Position numbers and translations under genes: made by a program. A DNA stretch of 64,000 nt from a virus (taxonomy: Duplodnaviria > Caudoviricetes). Below the pieces are notes generated by a model. It saw only the letters and a program-made list of their open reading frames with translations, did not search any database and was not told where the DNA came from. Below, in pieces: positions 9,924 to 19,901 of the stretch. Within the stretch, counting starts at the first letter, position 1, and every line of letters begins with the position of its first letter. The DNA is taken from positions 32,001 through 96,000 of the IMG/VR virus record IMGVR_UViG_3300028805_000055. One strand, 5' to 3'.

Positions 9924-10355
9924 ATGGATAAGAAGTATATTACAACAGTGTGTCATGTCAACTATGGCAGGAATGGTGCTACCAGGATAGCAGTGCGTGA
10001 CACCACCATCAATGAGATTGTATGTTCACTCATCTTAGAACCTGTGAACACTGGCATACCTCATGATGGTATTATAGGTGAACTAACTGAGAACGGACAG
10101 AAATGTATGGCGTTGTGGGACTTGAACACCAGGAGAGACTACAGACGTAAGGGGCTGGCTAAGATGGCTGTTGAATACGCTGTAAAACTCTACAGCAACG
10201 TCAATATCGTTCTTATAGCAAAACCGACAATAAGGTATTCTGACGATATTCCCCTCTACTGTCTTGTTAAATTCTACGAGAGCTGTGGCTTCGAGGTTGG
10301 AAAGAAGCTTTCAGACAGGGTAATAATGAAAAAATTAGCAAACAATGAAGTATAA
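9924..10355 (+). CDS. GNAT acetyltransferase
   Basis: Motif A YRRKGLA; LVKFYESCGF. Confidence 0.85.
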   Translation: MDKKYITTVCHVNYGRNGATRIAVRDTTINEIVCSLILEPVNTGIPHDGIIGELTENGQKCMALWDLNTRRDYRRKGLAKMAVEYAVKLYSNVNIVLIAKPTIRYSDDIPLYCLVKFYESCGFEVGKKLSDRVIMKKLANNEV

Positions 10356-10674
10356 AATAGGTGACTTGATTTCCTTTGACGGTTCAAAGGACAAGACAAA
10401 AGACGTATACTACTCTGGAGTTAGGACAGAGAAGGAAGTTAACAAGGATTTCCCTAACGACAGACATATTACCAGGATATTAGTCACACAACCACATTCT
10501 ATGTTCAGAGTAAGAGAACTACACCCACCATACTACATTTGTGAGAAGCTGTGGGAGACTGGTGACGAGGAAATACCAGTGCTTGGAGGCGGTGTCTTCA
10601 TACATGAGGATGAAGCAATCCCCTATGATAGCTCATTCGACGGAAAAGTAATCAATAAAAAGAAAATCATATGA
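10345..10674 (+). CDS. hypothetical protein
   Basis: Operon packing. Confidence 0.75.
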   Translation: MKYKIGDLISFDGSKDKTKDVYYSGVRTEKEVNKDFPNDRHITRILVTQPHSMFRVRELHPPYYICEKLWETGDEEIPVLGGGVFIHEDEAIPYDSSFDGKVINKKKII

Positions 10675-10970
10675 AAGATTGTAACGAACTCCCAAAGATT
10701 GTAAAGGTCACTACCACTACATATACAGTGGAAGACGTAGCACCAGAGAACGGTGTTAGATTCAACTATGGTAAGTTCCATGAAATGGCAGTCAAACATA
10801 ATCTCAGATGGCAGCTATCCCAGACCAAGTGTCTCAACTGTGATAAGTCATTTAAGGGTGAAGACTACATGTACATGATTATCACCGACAAGGGAAATAA
10901 CTTCGTCTGCCAGGAATGTGCGCAGAAATTCAGAATCCAATTAGGTAAACCAGATTACGTGAAAAAATGA
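10671..10970 (+). CDS. small zinc-finger protein
   Basis: CLNC...CQEC. Confidence 0.7.
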   Translation: MKDCNELPKIVKVTTTTYTVEDVAPENGVRFNYGKFHEMAVKHNLRWQLSQTKCLNCDKSFKGEDYMYMIITDKGNNFVCQECAQKFRIQLGKPDYVKK

Positions 10971-11093
10971 CAGAAGCAGATATCTTAAGACAGTTTAACG
11001 GAAGCTTTGGTGACTTTAGAGCCATCTCATCGCAAAGTACGAGGAAGATAAGAAAGCTGGGAATCTCGAAAAATATATTGGACATTATCGCAT

Positions 11094-11942
11094 ATGAGCA
11101 AGTTTGAATTACCAAAGAGAGGAGACTATGTGACAATACACGATTGTAGCAACTTCAAGACCGTCTACATTGTCATAGAGTGTACACCCCTAAGGGTTGA
11201 TTGGTCACATACAGTTGTACGGCTCATCTATACAGCAGAGTGTGAAATGCACTCAACGAGGAAAACCATCAATGGTGATTTCATTTGGGATAAGATAAGG
11301 ACAAAGTACGTTGGTGCGCCATTCTTCTGCTCCAATTTCAGAACAATCCACATGAAACCAGCAACTGATGCTGAGAAGTCCATAACGAACATAGCACTGG
11401 CAAAGCTTGGAGTTATCTGGAATCCAGTCACACAGAAGCTCGATGATAGACCACTCCCAGACATATCCAAGGGACTCACTCTCAACGATGACTCAAAATA
11501 CTGTTGGCATAAGGTTCTTAAACCATATATAGGTAAGGTGTTCTTCGAGGAAAGAGAAGACTCATTTGTTCACCCATATGAATCAAACTGGGCAAGCATC
11601 TGGCAAATTCTACTCAAGGAGAAACTTGCACGTCAGAATAAGACAGGAAAAGTGTCACCAGAAATGGAAGACCATATGTTCGAGGTGTTGAGAACCATCT
11701 ACCAAGCACCACTGCTCAAGGTATCATATGACTTCGAAAGTGAGAAACACGCCTATAAAGCATTCCTGGTTTCTGAGAAGAACAACAGATACGAGGAGGA
11801 ACGTGGGTTCGTAATTGGTGAACCAAAACTGCACCTTATTACAGACATGTACCATCACTGCAATGGTGTCGGCAGGGTAGACCTCTATAAGAGAATCGCA
11901 GATGATACCTATACAAATTTAAAGTTGTATTTTCCAAAATAA
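11094..11942 (+). CDS. hypothetical protein
   Basis: 282 aa; PATDAEK...GVIWNP motif. Confidence 0.8.
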   Translation: MSKFELPKRGDYVTIHDCSNFKTVYIVIECTPLRVDWSHTVVRLIYTAECEMHSTRKTINGDFIWDKIRTKYVGAPFFCSNFRTIHMKPATDAEKSITNIALAKLGVIWNPVTQKLDDRPLPDISKGLTLNDDSKYCWHKVLKPYIGKVFFEEREDSFVHPYESNWASIWQILLKEKLARQNKTGKVSPEMEDHMFEVLRTIYQAPLLKVSYDFESEKHAYKAFLVSEKNNRYEEERGFVIGEPKLHLITDMYHHCNGVGRVDLYKRIADDTYTNLKLYFPK

Positions 11943-11950
11943 AAGACAAT

Positions 11951-12298
11951 ATGAAAAAATTTCTTAACAGTAAATTCCTGTTGCCATACCTGGTGTTGGT
12001 AGTGGCACTCACACTCTTCAGTGCTTCGTCATGCGAAGACGCAAACAAGGAAGCCCTAAGCCCATATAAGGCAAAGGAAAAGGTACAGTTCAATGATTCC
12101 ACTTTCTTCACAGAGATTGGAGTTATCGACAAGTGGTCAACAGCAACCACCAAGGTCTATGTCGTTAAGTATGACGGTTGTGAATACATAATGACAGTAT
12201 CATACACTGGTGACTCTCGTGGAGGCGTGACAACAACTGTTACCCATACAGCATCATGCTCAAATCCAATTCACGGTATTAAGAATGAAGAACAGTAG
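11951..12298 (+). CDS. predicted lipoprotein
   Basis: Signal peptide with lipobox-like SASSC. Confidence 0.7.
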   Translation: MKKFLNSKFLLPYLVLVVALTLFSASSCEDANKEALSPYKAKEKVQFNDSTFFTEIGVIDKWSTATTKVYVVKYDGCEYIMTVSYTGDSRGGVTTTVTHTASCSNPIHGIKNEEQ

Positions 12299-12680
12299 TC
12301 TCACATTCGATGACCTCCAGTATCACCTCTACCAAACAAAAGGTGAGGACGAACAGCCAACTCTAGATGTAACACTCTACGCTGTCAATGGAAAATCTGG
12401 GGAACTCACAGTCATAGAGCCAGGAAATGCACACTACGTTGCAAATCCTAAACCAGGGCACTTTTGTCTCATAAGAACACCGAACACCAGGAAGTTCTTC
12501 AACATTCCCATGTTCTATGTACATGAGAAGCGTAAGGACGATACATGGACTACTGGCTTCATAGCATCCAATTACGCACTGTTCCTTAACAAGGACGAGG
12601 CAAAAAGACTCTCACTTAACGTTCTCCTTAATAAGAGAATAGCACTACAGAAGAAAATCGATAGAATTAAAAAATTATAA
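12285..12680 (+). CDS. hypothetical protein
   Basis: Operon packing. Confidence 0.75.
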   Translation: MKNSSLTFDDLQYHLYQTKGEDEQPTLDVTLYAVNGKSGELTVIEPGNAHYVANPKPGHFCLIRTPNTRKFFNIPMFYVHEKRKDDTWTTGFIASNYALFLNKDEAKRLSLNVLLNKRIALQKKIDRIKKL

Positions 12681-12684
12681 GACA

Positions 12685-14025
12685 ATGAAAAAAGAACAAC
12701 TAATCAAGAAAATTACTGACGTGGTAATGAAGAACTCCAAGAAGGGTGTCCTCACCACCACTAAGTATGTTGGAACGTACAACTATAAGAGTGGCTACGA
12801 TTCCTACTTTGCAGTGTCCTTAGACCTCGACAAGACACTCATCGTCTACTCCTACTACCAGAACGACAGGGGAGAGCACATAGACACCTGTAAGTATAAG
12901 CTCATTGACCTTCCAGAAAAAGAACTCCAGGAAATCTATAACAACCTCAATACAGAGGACGAAGATTCACTCTCATACGTCGGCTGGACTGAGACTGAGG
13001 AGAAGAACCTCGCCATCCTAGTTGAACTTGGACTCTTCAAACCCAAGAAGACAGAGTACAAGCCCATCGACATTAACAAAGTCCCAGACCTTGAGAACCA
13101 AGACGATGCCTACTACATCGACAGGGACGAAAACGTGCATATACTCAAGTGTGTTGGTAAGACAATCATCGGCAACCCCATCTTCGACGTTGAGAAAAAC
13201 CGCAATGGTATCTATGAACAACCTTACTACCTCGACAAGCCAGATACGTTCTGTAAGCAGGCAAAACATGTAAGGAATAAGGGTATCTTCATGGCAGCAG
13301 ACGGTGACGATATCTCCGACGATAAGTACCTCTATGTTCCCAATAAGAAAGAACTCGCAAAGCTCCTCAAGAAACAAATGAGCTATAAGGATTACTATTT
13401 CGTCAACACCATGCTGGAGTCCTGGAAACGTACCACCAACGAGAAACCAGAGAATAGGGATGGTCGCTTCGACTTCACCGACAAGGACGAGGCTATAGCC
13501 AAGTTCAACGAGGTGAGAAATGAACTCCTTGCCAATCTCAAGGACGCAAAGTCCAAGCTTGAGAAGAAGAAAGAAAAGATTAAGGAGTTCACCAAGGGAA
13601 TAAAACTCCTACACTACGACGAATGCCATATCTGGCCAAAGAACGCAGTCGTTGGTTCTTCCTACTACGTGGAAATGAGAAACGACAAAGGAAAGTATAC
13701 TTATGTCGGACCATTCAAGGTTAAGGAAGTACAACCAGAGAGAGAGTACGCTGTACTTGAGGATGGAAGACTCGTCTATCGCTCCACCATGATGATTACA
13801 CCAGAAAACCTTGAGGCATACAACGCCTCCTGCAAGTACGAAAAGGTAATGGACATGCTCAAAGACATCGACACTGCCATGAAGTATGTTGAGAGAGCTA
13901 TCAAGTTCGCTGAGACAGTTAAACCATTCATCAAATCAGACCAGTGTATCCCCAAGTGGGTTGTGGATGACGCACTTGAACTCTACAAGAAACCACTGCC
14001 AAAGATGAAACATGCAGAGGCTTAA
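12685..14025 (+). CDS. hypothetical protein (446 aa)
   Basis: Long ORF with strong codon bias. Confidence 0.85.
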   Translation: MKKEQLIKKITDVVMKNSKKGVLTTTKYVGTYNYKSGYDSYFAVSLDLDKTLIVYSYYQNDRGEHIDTCKYKLIDLPEKELQEIYNNLNTEDEDSLSYVGWTETEEKNLAILVELGLFKPKKTEYKPIDINKVPDLENQDDAYYIDRDENVHILKCVGKTIIGNPIFDVEKNRNGIYEQPYYLDKPDTFCKQAKHVRNKGIFMAADGDDISDDKYLYVPNKKELAKLLKKQMSYKDYYFVNTMLESWKRTTNEKPENRDGRFDFTDKDEAIAKFNEVRNELLANLKDAKSKLEKKKEKIKEFTKGIKLLHYDECHIWPKNAVVGSSYYVEMRNDKGKYTYVGPFKVKEVQPEREYAVLEDGRLVYRSTMMITPENLEAYNASCKYEKVMDMLKDIDTAMKYVERAIKFAETVKPFIKSDQCIPKWVVDDALELYKKPLPKMKHAEA

Positions 14026-14234
14026 CATTCTTTAACGCAAATAATTTGGTAGTCTAAAATATTTTGCCTACTTTTGCACCAGATTTTTAATTAACAATAA
14101 GTTTAACATTGGACAAGTGTTCACACCACAACAGGATGCCGATACATCAATACCAAAGATGAACATCCCATTCTGTGACTTGGATAACACAGTCCAGATT
14201 ATCACGCAACCAATGTTCGCAGAACTCTAAATGA

Positions 14235-14270
14235 AAAGGAGACCTAGGCAGTCTCCTTTCTTTTTTTTCT
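14235..14270. terminator. terminator at convergent junction
   Basis: AAAGGAGAC-7nt-GTCTCCTTT plus T-run. Confidence 0.8.
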
Positions 14271-14286
14271 TTCCTTTCCTTCGGGG

Positions 14287-15171
14287 TTACTCGACAGGAG
14301 GATTAATCACATGATTTATCATTTTAGGAATAATTGTACGCATCTTATTCTCATATCTGTTTATAAACTGCTTCAACCACTTGCGAAAGTGATTCCAATT
14401 ACTAAATCTGTAATCAGAACACTCCCTAACAACATATAACGCACACATCTGGTCAACCACATCAGATAAGTTAACAAGATACCATGCAGAAGCAACAGCC
14501 CTCTCATAACGAGAATACTCAACAGTACTACGCAAGAACTTAATCGCATCCTTGTACGTCCTTATACTACCAGCAGGCAAGTCCCTCAACTTGGTGAACA
14601 TCGCAGCATTCCTGGCATTCCTCTCAAATCCAATACCATAGAATAAAACCCTGTTAACTGCCCTCTCAATACTAGTATAATTCGCCTTGTTTTTATCAGA
14701 TAACATACCCTTGTTAATAACATTGCCAAATGTCTTGGAATAACCAACCCTAGACAACTCGTCACCAAGACCTCCTTCACTGCTACCACGCCTACCAACA
14801 TCCTCAATCATGTGAGTCAACTCATGAACCAACGTAGCATGGAAGGTAGAATCCTTCTTGTTATTGAATAAAATCTCTGGATTTATAAACAATACACAAG
14901 GCTTTCCAGATGAAACTGGAGGCATACCATAACAAGCACGAAGATTCATGTTGGTAGGACGTACCTCTAAGTAACCAAGAGGAAGACCATCGTAAGGAAT
15001 AGTAAATGATTCGTACTCCCAACTGTCAGACCACCTGCGCCTTACCTCACCCATAACATAATTGGCAAAACTGTCAATGTTGTTGGGTAAACCATAATAC
15101 TCCCTAATCAACCTACATTGACCCTCACTAACGTATACCTTCTTGCTATTATCCATCGTATTTAAAATCAT
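14287..15171 (-). CDS. HEXXH zinc-metallopeptidase-like protein
   Basis: TLVHELTHMIE...E.NA motif. Confidence 0.65.
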   Translation of the reverse strand: MILNTMDNSKKVYVSEGQCRLIREYYGLPNNIDSFANYVMGEVRRRWSDSWEYESFTIPYDGLPLGYLEVRPTNMNLRACYGMPPVSSGKPCVLFINPEILFNNKKDSTFHATLVHELTHMIEDVGRRGSSEGGLGDELSRVGYSKTFGNVINKGMLSDKNKANYTSIERAVNRVLFYGIGFERNARNAAMFTKLRDLPAGSIRTYKDAIKFLRSTVEYSRYERAVASAWYLVNLSDVVDQMCALYVVRECSDYRFSNWNHFRKWLKQFINRYENKMRTIIPKMINHVINPPVE

Positions 15172-15175
15172 AATC

Positions 15176-15832
15176 CTATCTAATTAAACCTTTATTAAGA
15201 TGCTTGTTTATAACCTCAACTATTATCTTGTCTATTAATCTACCCTCCTGCCTGGAATAATGATAATACTCAGCCCTCGTCATATTCTGAGGAAACTTCT
15301 TGTCAACAATGTGCCTTCTTGAATTTAACTCGTCATAAACCAACTTAATCTCATACGGCACATCTAGCCTTTCAACCTTTTCACCAGAATCACCAGTCCT
15401 AGATAAAAACTCATCAAACGGTATCTCAATAACCTTACCACCTTTATTGAAAACAACAGAATATTTGCTAGCATTGCCACCAATATATTCCAATACCCTA
15501 GATACATATTCCTTTGATGGTACTCTACCATCATCAACTGCAAGATATTTGCCCAGGAAAAGCCTTCCACGACCCTCACAACTTAACCATATTTCCTCAG
15601 TCATACTGTCAATCTCAGAATCATTAAACCAGTTGTATATGTCACCAGCGTTGAAAGACTTTAATATATCATCAAAAGCTTGACCTGCACAGGAATAATG
15701 ACAATCACCATAATATAATCTAGGAGTACCATATATGTCACATGGACAATAAGCAAAAGAATCACCATCAAGAACATTCTCCATCTTATAACCCTTGTAT
15801 ATAAAGTTACACGTATTAACAAACTCTTTCAT
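15176..15832 (-). CDS. hypothetical protein (putative late/virion)
   Basis: Upstream TATTTATA; C-terminal E...IDKII.E.I motif. Confidence 0.75.
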   Translation of the reverse strand: MKEFVNTCNFIYKGYKMENVLDGDSFAYCPCDIYGTPRLYYGDCHYSCAGQAFDDILKSFNAGDIYNWFNDSEIDSMTEEIWLSCEGRGRLFLGKYLAVDDGRVPSKEYVSRVLEYIGGNASKYSVVFNKGGKVIEIPFDEFLSRTGDSGEKVERLDVPYEIKLVYDELNSRRHIVDKKFPQNMTRAEYYHYSRQEGRLIDKIIVEVINKHLNKGLIR

Positions 15833-16012
15833 ATAATAATATATTATGTATATAAATAATAACCCGTCTACAGAATTTCCAAAAATTTTTTCCAGAATTT
15901 TTTTTTAATACACACACCAATAAAAAAAAGAGGACCACCTTCCTGGAAACAACAAAAATTTTTTCCGAAATTTTATTTAGCAAACTGTCCAACCCCTAAT
16001 GTGTTAAAAACT

Positions 16013-16055
16013 GGGGGACTGGGGGTGGGGGACATAGGTGGGGGGTAGGTGGGGG
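16013..16055 (+). other. G-quadruplex-capable tract
   Basis: Five runs of 5-6 G within 43 bp. Confidence 0.8.
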
Positions 16056-16070
16056 TGTACGTCCCAAGAT

Positions 16071-16138
16071 GTAAAGAGTTTTTACTCACTAAGGGATACA
16101 TATACTATATATGTGATGCTAATGTAAAGAGTTTTTAC
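16071..16138 (-). repeat. 68-bp composite site, copy A
   Basis: Box GTAAAAACTCTTTAC-N12-TATATAGTATATGT-N12-box, read on minus strand. Confidence 0.85.
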
Positions 16139-16401
16139 TTAACTTATTGAAATACAGTAAATTGAATAAGTAAAAAGTCGTTTATAAGCGTTTATTCATG
16201 CTGTAGGCTTATAGTTATCCATACGGCTGGTAAAATGCTCTTAGAATGGCTGTAAATAGCCTTAAATCGAAAGTTTTGATATTAGATGTATTTCCTTATG
16301 CGTGTGTACGGGTGTGTGTCCTGGGGTCGCCAGGATGATAGTTAACGTATGGGCACAAAAAAAAACTCCCACCACCTTTAGAGTGATAGGAGTTTTTTTA
16401 A

Positions 16402-16968
16402 TTAGTGGATAAGTACCATCTTTCGTCCGTCAATGTTCACGAAGTTGATGTCAGCTACATTGAGGGTAAAAGGCTTAACTTGGTCTTTAACCTCGATACC
16501 TGCTGCTGCTTGGCGGTTGCTGCTGCTGCTTGGTCTGAAAGCTGCCTCGATGCTCTTAATGGTCTGTGGGTCTGTTACCTTGACACCATCAAGAATGTAG
16601 GTCACATCTTTCTTGGTAGCCTTAATGGTATATAAGCGGAGGTAGGTTGCACCCTTATGGGCGATAGTCTTATTAGGGATAATCCAAGTGCCCCAAGGCA
16701 GGGATTCTGCAACAAACTTTTCAGCCTTACCATCAGAAGCCTTTGGCAAGCGGTTATTGACTGCATTTTCATAGTTCGCATTGAACTGCAAACCGCTGCA
16801 ATCAGTAACGGCAGACACCCGACCATAGTAGGGATTTTTCTGTCCACCCGCTAATTTCTTGTTGATGTGTTCTACATCAGTTGTGTAGGACAAAGAGCAG
16901 AATTGACAACCTGTGATACCATTCATCACGTTAACGAACTCACTAACTAAAATAGAATTTGTTTTCAT
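16402..16968 (-). CDS. phage hypothetical protein
   Basis: YENAVN...LPWG.W...HKG..YL; own promoter (17107) and terminator (16357-16399). Confidence 0.85.
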   Translation of the reverse strand: MKTNSILVSEFVNVMNGITGCQFCSLSYTTDVEHINKKLAGGQKNPYYGRVSAVTDCSGLQFNANYENAVNNRLPKASDGKAEKFVAESLPWGTWIIPNKTIAHKGATYLRLYTIKATKKDVTYILDGVKVTDPQTIKSIEAAFRPSSSSNRQAAAGIEVKDQVKPFTLNVADINFVNIDGRKMVLIH

Positions 16969-17292
16969 ATCGGATATGAATTAAAGTGTGAATACTTGCA
17001 GCCTATCTGATAGACTGCGTTAATTGTGATTGTGAGTGATAACTTTGTCGTTATCAGTTACATTGTGTTTCAGTAAGTCAAAGAGCGCATCATTTCTGAT
17101 TTCTGCTGCAAAGTTAAGCATTATTTTTCATCCCTGCAAGAAAAAAACGATTTTTTTTCGTAAAAAAGTGCATTTTTTCTATTTTCAATGACTGAAAATA
17201 TAGATAGCACACTATTTTGCTATTTCAGAGTTTACAAAAACACCCATTTTTGCATGATGACGTTTCCAGCATCATGCTGGTATAGGTAAGAA

Positions 17293-17360
17293 ATAAAAAG
17301 TTTTTACAAGCTAAGTGCCTATATAGTATATGTCGCTTAGGCTGGGTAAAAAGTTTTAAC
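17293..17360 (+). repeat. 68-bp composite site, copy B
   Basis: ATAAAAAGTTTTTAC-N12-TATATAGTATATGT-N12-GTAAAAAGTTTTAAC. Confidence 0.85.
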
Positions 17361-17582
17361 AGTGCCATTCTTAGATGCTGGGCGATACCAGCAAACCAGC
17401 GAAAAAACGTCCACAATCGTTTAAAGTGGTGCTGGGGGTGTAATTATACCTTTGGCTGGGTGTTCGCCCGTTGTGGACGATTTCTGATAGGTTTACGGGC
17501 ATCATCCGTATTTCTCTTATATTGGAATAAAAGAAAAATCCCCAACTTGTTAGGCTGGGGATTTTGCTGGGAGTGCTGGGAG

Positions 17583-19109
17583 TTACTTTTTAAATTCCAC
17601 CGCAAAAAGGTCTTTTTGCTCCATATTAACGAACACTAATTCTTTCTTGGCTCGTGTTATTGCCACATAGCGCAAGTTCATTTCTTGCTCTAATTCCCAA
17701 TCCTTTTGCCCTTTCCAAGTAAGCGGGAGTTTGTTAGGGAGCAGGATAACAACTCTATCGGATTCCAAACCCTTAGATTTGTGGCAAGTGCTAAGTGTCA
17801 CGGCATTGGCGATATTGGCATCATTGAAAAGTTGCTCGATAGTGTTCTTAACTGCATCCAAGTTAGAGTTATTTTCGCCAATACAAAGAATGCAGTCGAT
17901 ACGGTCACAATAGGCAATATATCTACCAGTTTCCTTTGCTTCTTCTGGGGTCATTTGCTCTTTCTTTGCAATCTCTTTAGCCAGTTTGTTTTTCTCGTTA
18001 TCAGCCCAAGTTTCAAAACCCTTAATGGTCTTTGCCTTACTCTTATCAATCATAGTGATAAGACCATTGGCGATGTCACGACCCTTAACAACTGCGGTAA
18101 CACCAGCACGGATAAGTTTAAGACACATAACCACTAATGGTGCAGCAGTGCGGCAAAGCACCATATCGTTTGCCTTAAACGTGTCTAAAGTGAGTTGGTT
18201 GATGCTTGTTACTTCGCCAGCTATTGCACCAGCATGAGCCTGTATTTCGGGGACTACTTCTTGCGCCAGCTCAATGATATTGTAGCCACAACGATAGTTA
18301 ACTGATAGCGGCAACTCCTTTGTATTGGGGAGTGTAGCAATCTTATTGAATGACTGACAATCAGCACCAGCAAAGCCGTTGATAGCTTGTCGCCTATCGC
18401 CAACGGCTACGAAACGTCCACCTTTTGCAGCAGCCAGCATCAGTTCGCGTTGTGCTGCACTAAGGTCTTGGCATTCGTCAATGAAAACCACCTTATAGCT
18501 GGGAATCTGCTGGGGATAGGAAAGCGGGAGCACCAGCATATCCGTGAAATCAATTTCCAACTTACCATTTAGGTTAAGTTCATAGGCATCAGCCAGCAAC
18601 ATATCGACAACACTAACTTCGTTAGCCAGCGGAGTGATAGAGTGCTCCTCACAGATGGCTTTGATAGACTCCGTATCACCCTGATGGATAAGGTTAATAC
18701 GACACAAGCGGAACAACTTATCAGCATTGTTCAAAGCCTTAATGTAGTCTTTGTCGTCACGATTGAGCGAAAGCATATTATCATCCTTAATGATATTGAT
18801 ATACTTTCTATCGTTGATGTCGAATTTGCGGTCTTTGCCAGCAATCTTTTTCAGCACGGAGTAGCCAAAAGAATGCAGGGTTGAAACGTCGGCATAATTG
18901 CCAATCTTATAGGATAACTCCTTAACAATAGAGTTATTGAATGCCAAAAACTTCACATCAAATTTGCCCAAGTGGAGTCGTTTGCAGCACTCCACAATTG
19001 TGGTGGTCTTACCACTACCAGCAACTGCATTGATAGCAAGGTTTGTGCTACCGTTTTCAACCTCGTTGAAGATGTTCAACTGATACTGAGAAAAATTCAT
19101 TTTTGCCAT
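17583..19109 (-). CDS. UvrD/Rep superfamily 1 helicase
   Basis: AVAGSGKTT, DECQD, VGD.RQAI.GF.GA, NYRC, HKSKGLE, YVAITRAK. Confidence 0.95.
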   Translation of the reverse strand: MAKMNFSQYQLNIFNEVENGSTNLAINAVAGSGKTTTIVECCKRLHLGKFDVKFLAFNNSIVKELSYKIGNYADVSTLHSFGYSVLKKIAGKDRKFDINDRKYINIIKDDNMLSLNRDDKDYIKALNNADKLFRLCRINLIHQGDTESIKAICEEHSITPLANEVSVVDMLLADAYELNLNGKLEIDFTDMLVLPLSYPQQIPSYKVVFIDECQDLSAAQRELMLAAAKGGRFVAVGDRRQAINGFAGADCQSFNKIATLPNTKELPLSVNYRCGYNIIELAQEVVPEIQAHAGAIAGEVTSINQLTLDTFKANDMVLCRTAAPLVVMCLKLIRAGVTAVVKGRDIANGLITMIDKSKAKTIKGFETWADNEKNKLAKEIAKKEQMTPEEAKETGRYIAYCDRIDCILCIGENNSNLDAVKNTIEQLFNDANIANAVTLSTCHKSKGLESDRVVILLPNKLPLTWKGQKDWELEQEMNLRYVAITRAKKELVFVNMEQKDLFAVEFKK

Positions 19110-19252
19110 AACGATTAAGTTTTTAATAAATTAAATATTCAAAATTTGGGTGCAAAATTAATGGTTTTCCAGCATATTTCCAAATAATTTATGATAAATT
19201 TAGAGAATTTAAGGAATTTTTAGAAATCAGCAGGGTGTGATGTTGTAAAAAA

Positions 19253-19319
19253 ATAAAAACTTTTTACAAACTGAATGCCTATATAGTATATGTCATTTTG
19301 CTTGATAAAAAATCTTTAC
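19253..19319 (+). repeat. composite site, copy C (67 bp)
   Basis: ATAAAAACTTTTTAC-N12-TATATAGTATATGT-N11-ATAAAAAATCTTTAC. Confidence 0.85.
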
Positions 19320-19439
19320 AGCGGGTCTGCTGGGGAAAAGTAAAAAAATCGTACAAGCGGCAAATCAATTATATTACGAAGTAATATGGGTCAAAGAAAA
19401 ATCTTGACAAATCGTAGGGGGTAGGGGGTTATAGGTGTG

Positions 19440-19785
19440 TCGCCCTGCTGGTAGGCTGGTTGATACTGGTAGTTGTCCAGAGTCCAGCAGGATGGTAGGC
19501 TGGTAGCCTGCTGGTGTGCTGGTAGCTTGCAGGCTGGTGACTGGTGCTGGGAGTGCTGGTGTGTGTGTACCTGTCGCCTGTCACGTCGCTGGTAGCTGGG
19601 AGTGCTGGTATGCGTTGTGCTGGTGTGCTGGTGGTGTGCGTCACGATGTGTTATGTGTGTGTGATGTTTCACGTGGAACATACACAATAATATTATTTTA
19701 CATCATGATAATCATGTATGATGTGTTATGATATTATATAATGTGGTGATGTGATGTATTGTGTTGTATGTGTTGTGTATATCAC
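19440..19785 (+). repeat. non-coding GCTGG(T/G)-rich tract followed by TG/AT low-complexity tract
   Basis: About a dozen same-strand GCTGG in ~200 bp; overlapping ORFs are low-complexity artefacts. Confidence 0.8.
19665..19680. other. parS: parS centromere site
   Basis: TGTTTCACGTGGAACA, matches the bacterial parS consensus. Confidence 0.85.
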
Positions 19786-19901
19786 TAAATGTACTTTTTT
19801 AAGTCTTATATATAAAGAAACCAGCACGAGTTTCACAACTGATGCTGGCTGAATATGAAACATCATTAATCAAAACTTAAATCGTATAGCATTATGCAAT
19901 A

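Noticed and set aside
14080-14230. Short frame after promoter 14045 (KFNIGQVF...)
   Set aside because: No start codon in frame at the expected place; probably a gene remnant, too weak to call.
19391-19731. ORFs 19391-19687, 19429-19644 and 19516-19731
   Set aside because: They are translations of low-complexity repeats and parS (MFHVKH), with no leader or codon bias.
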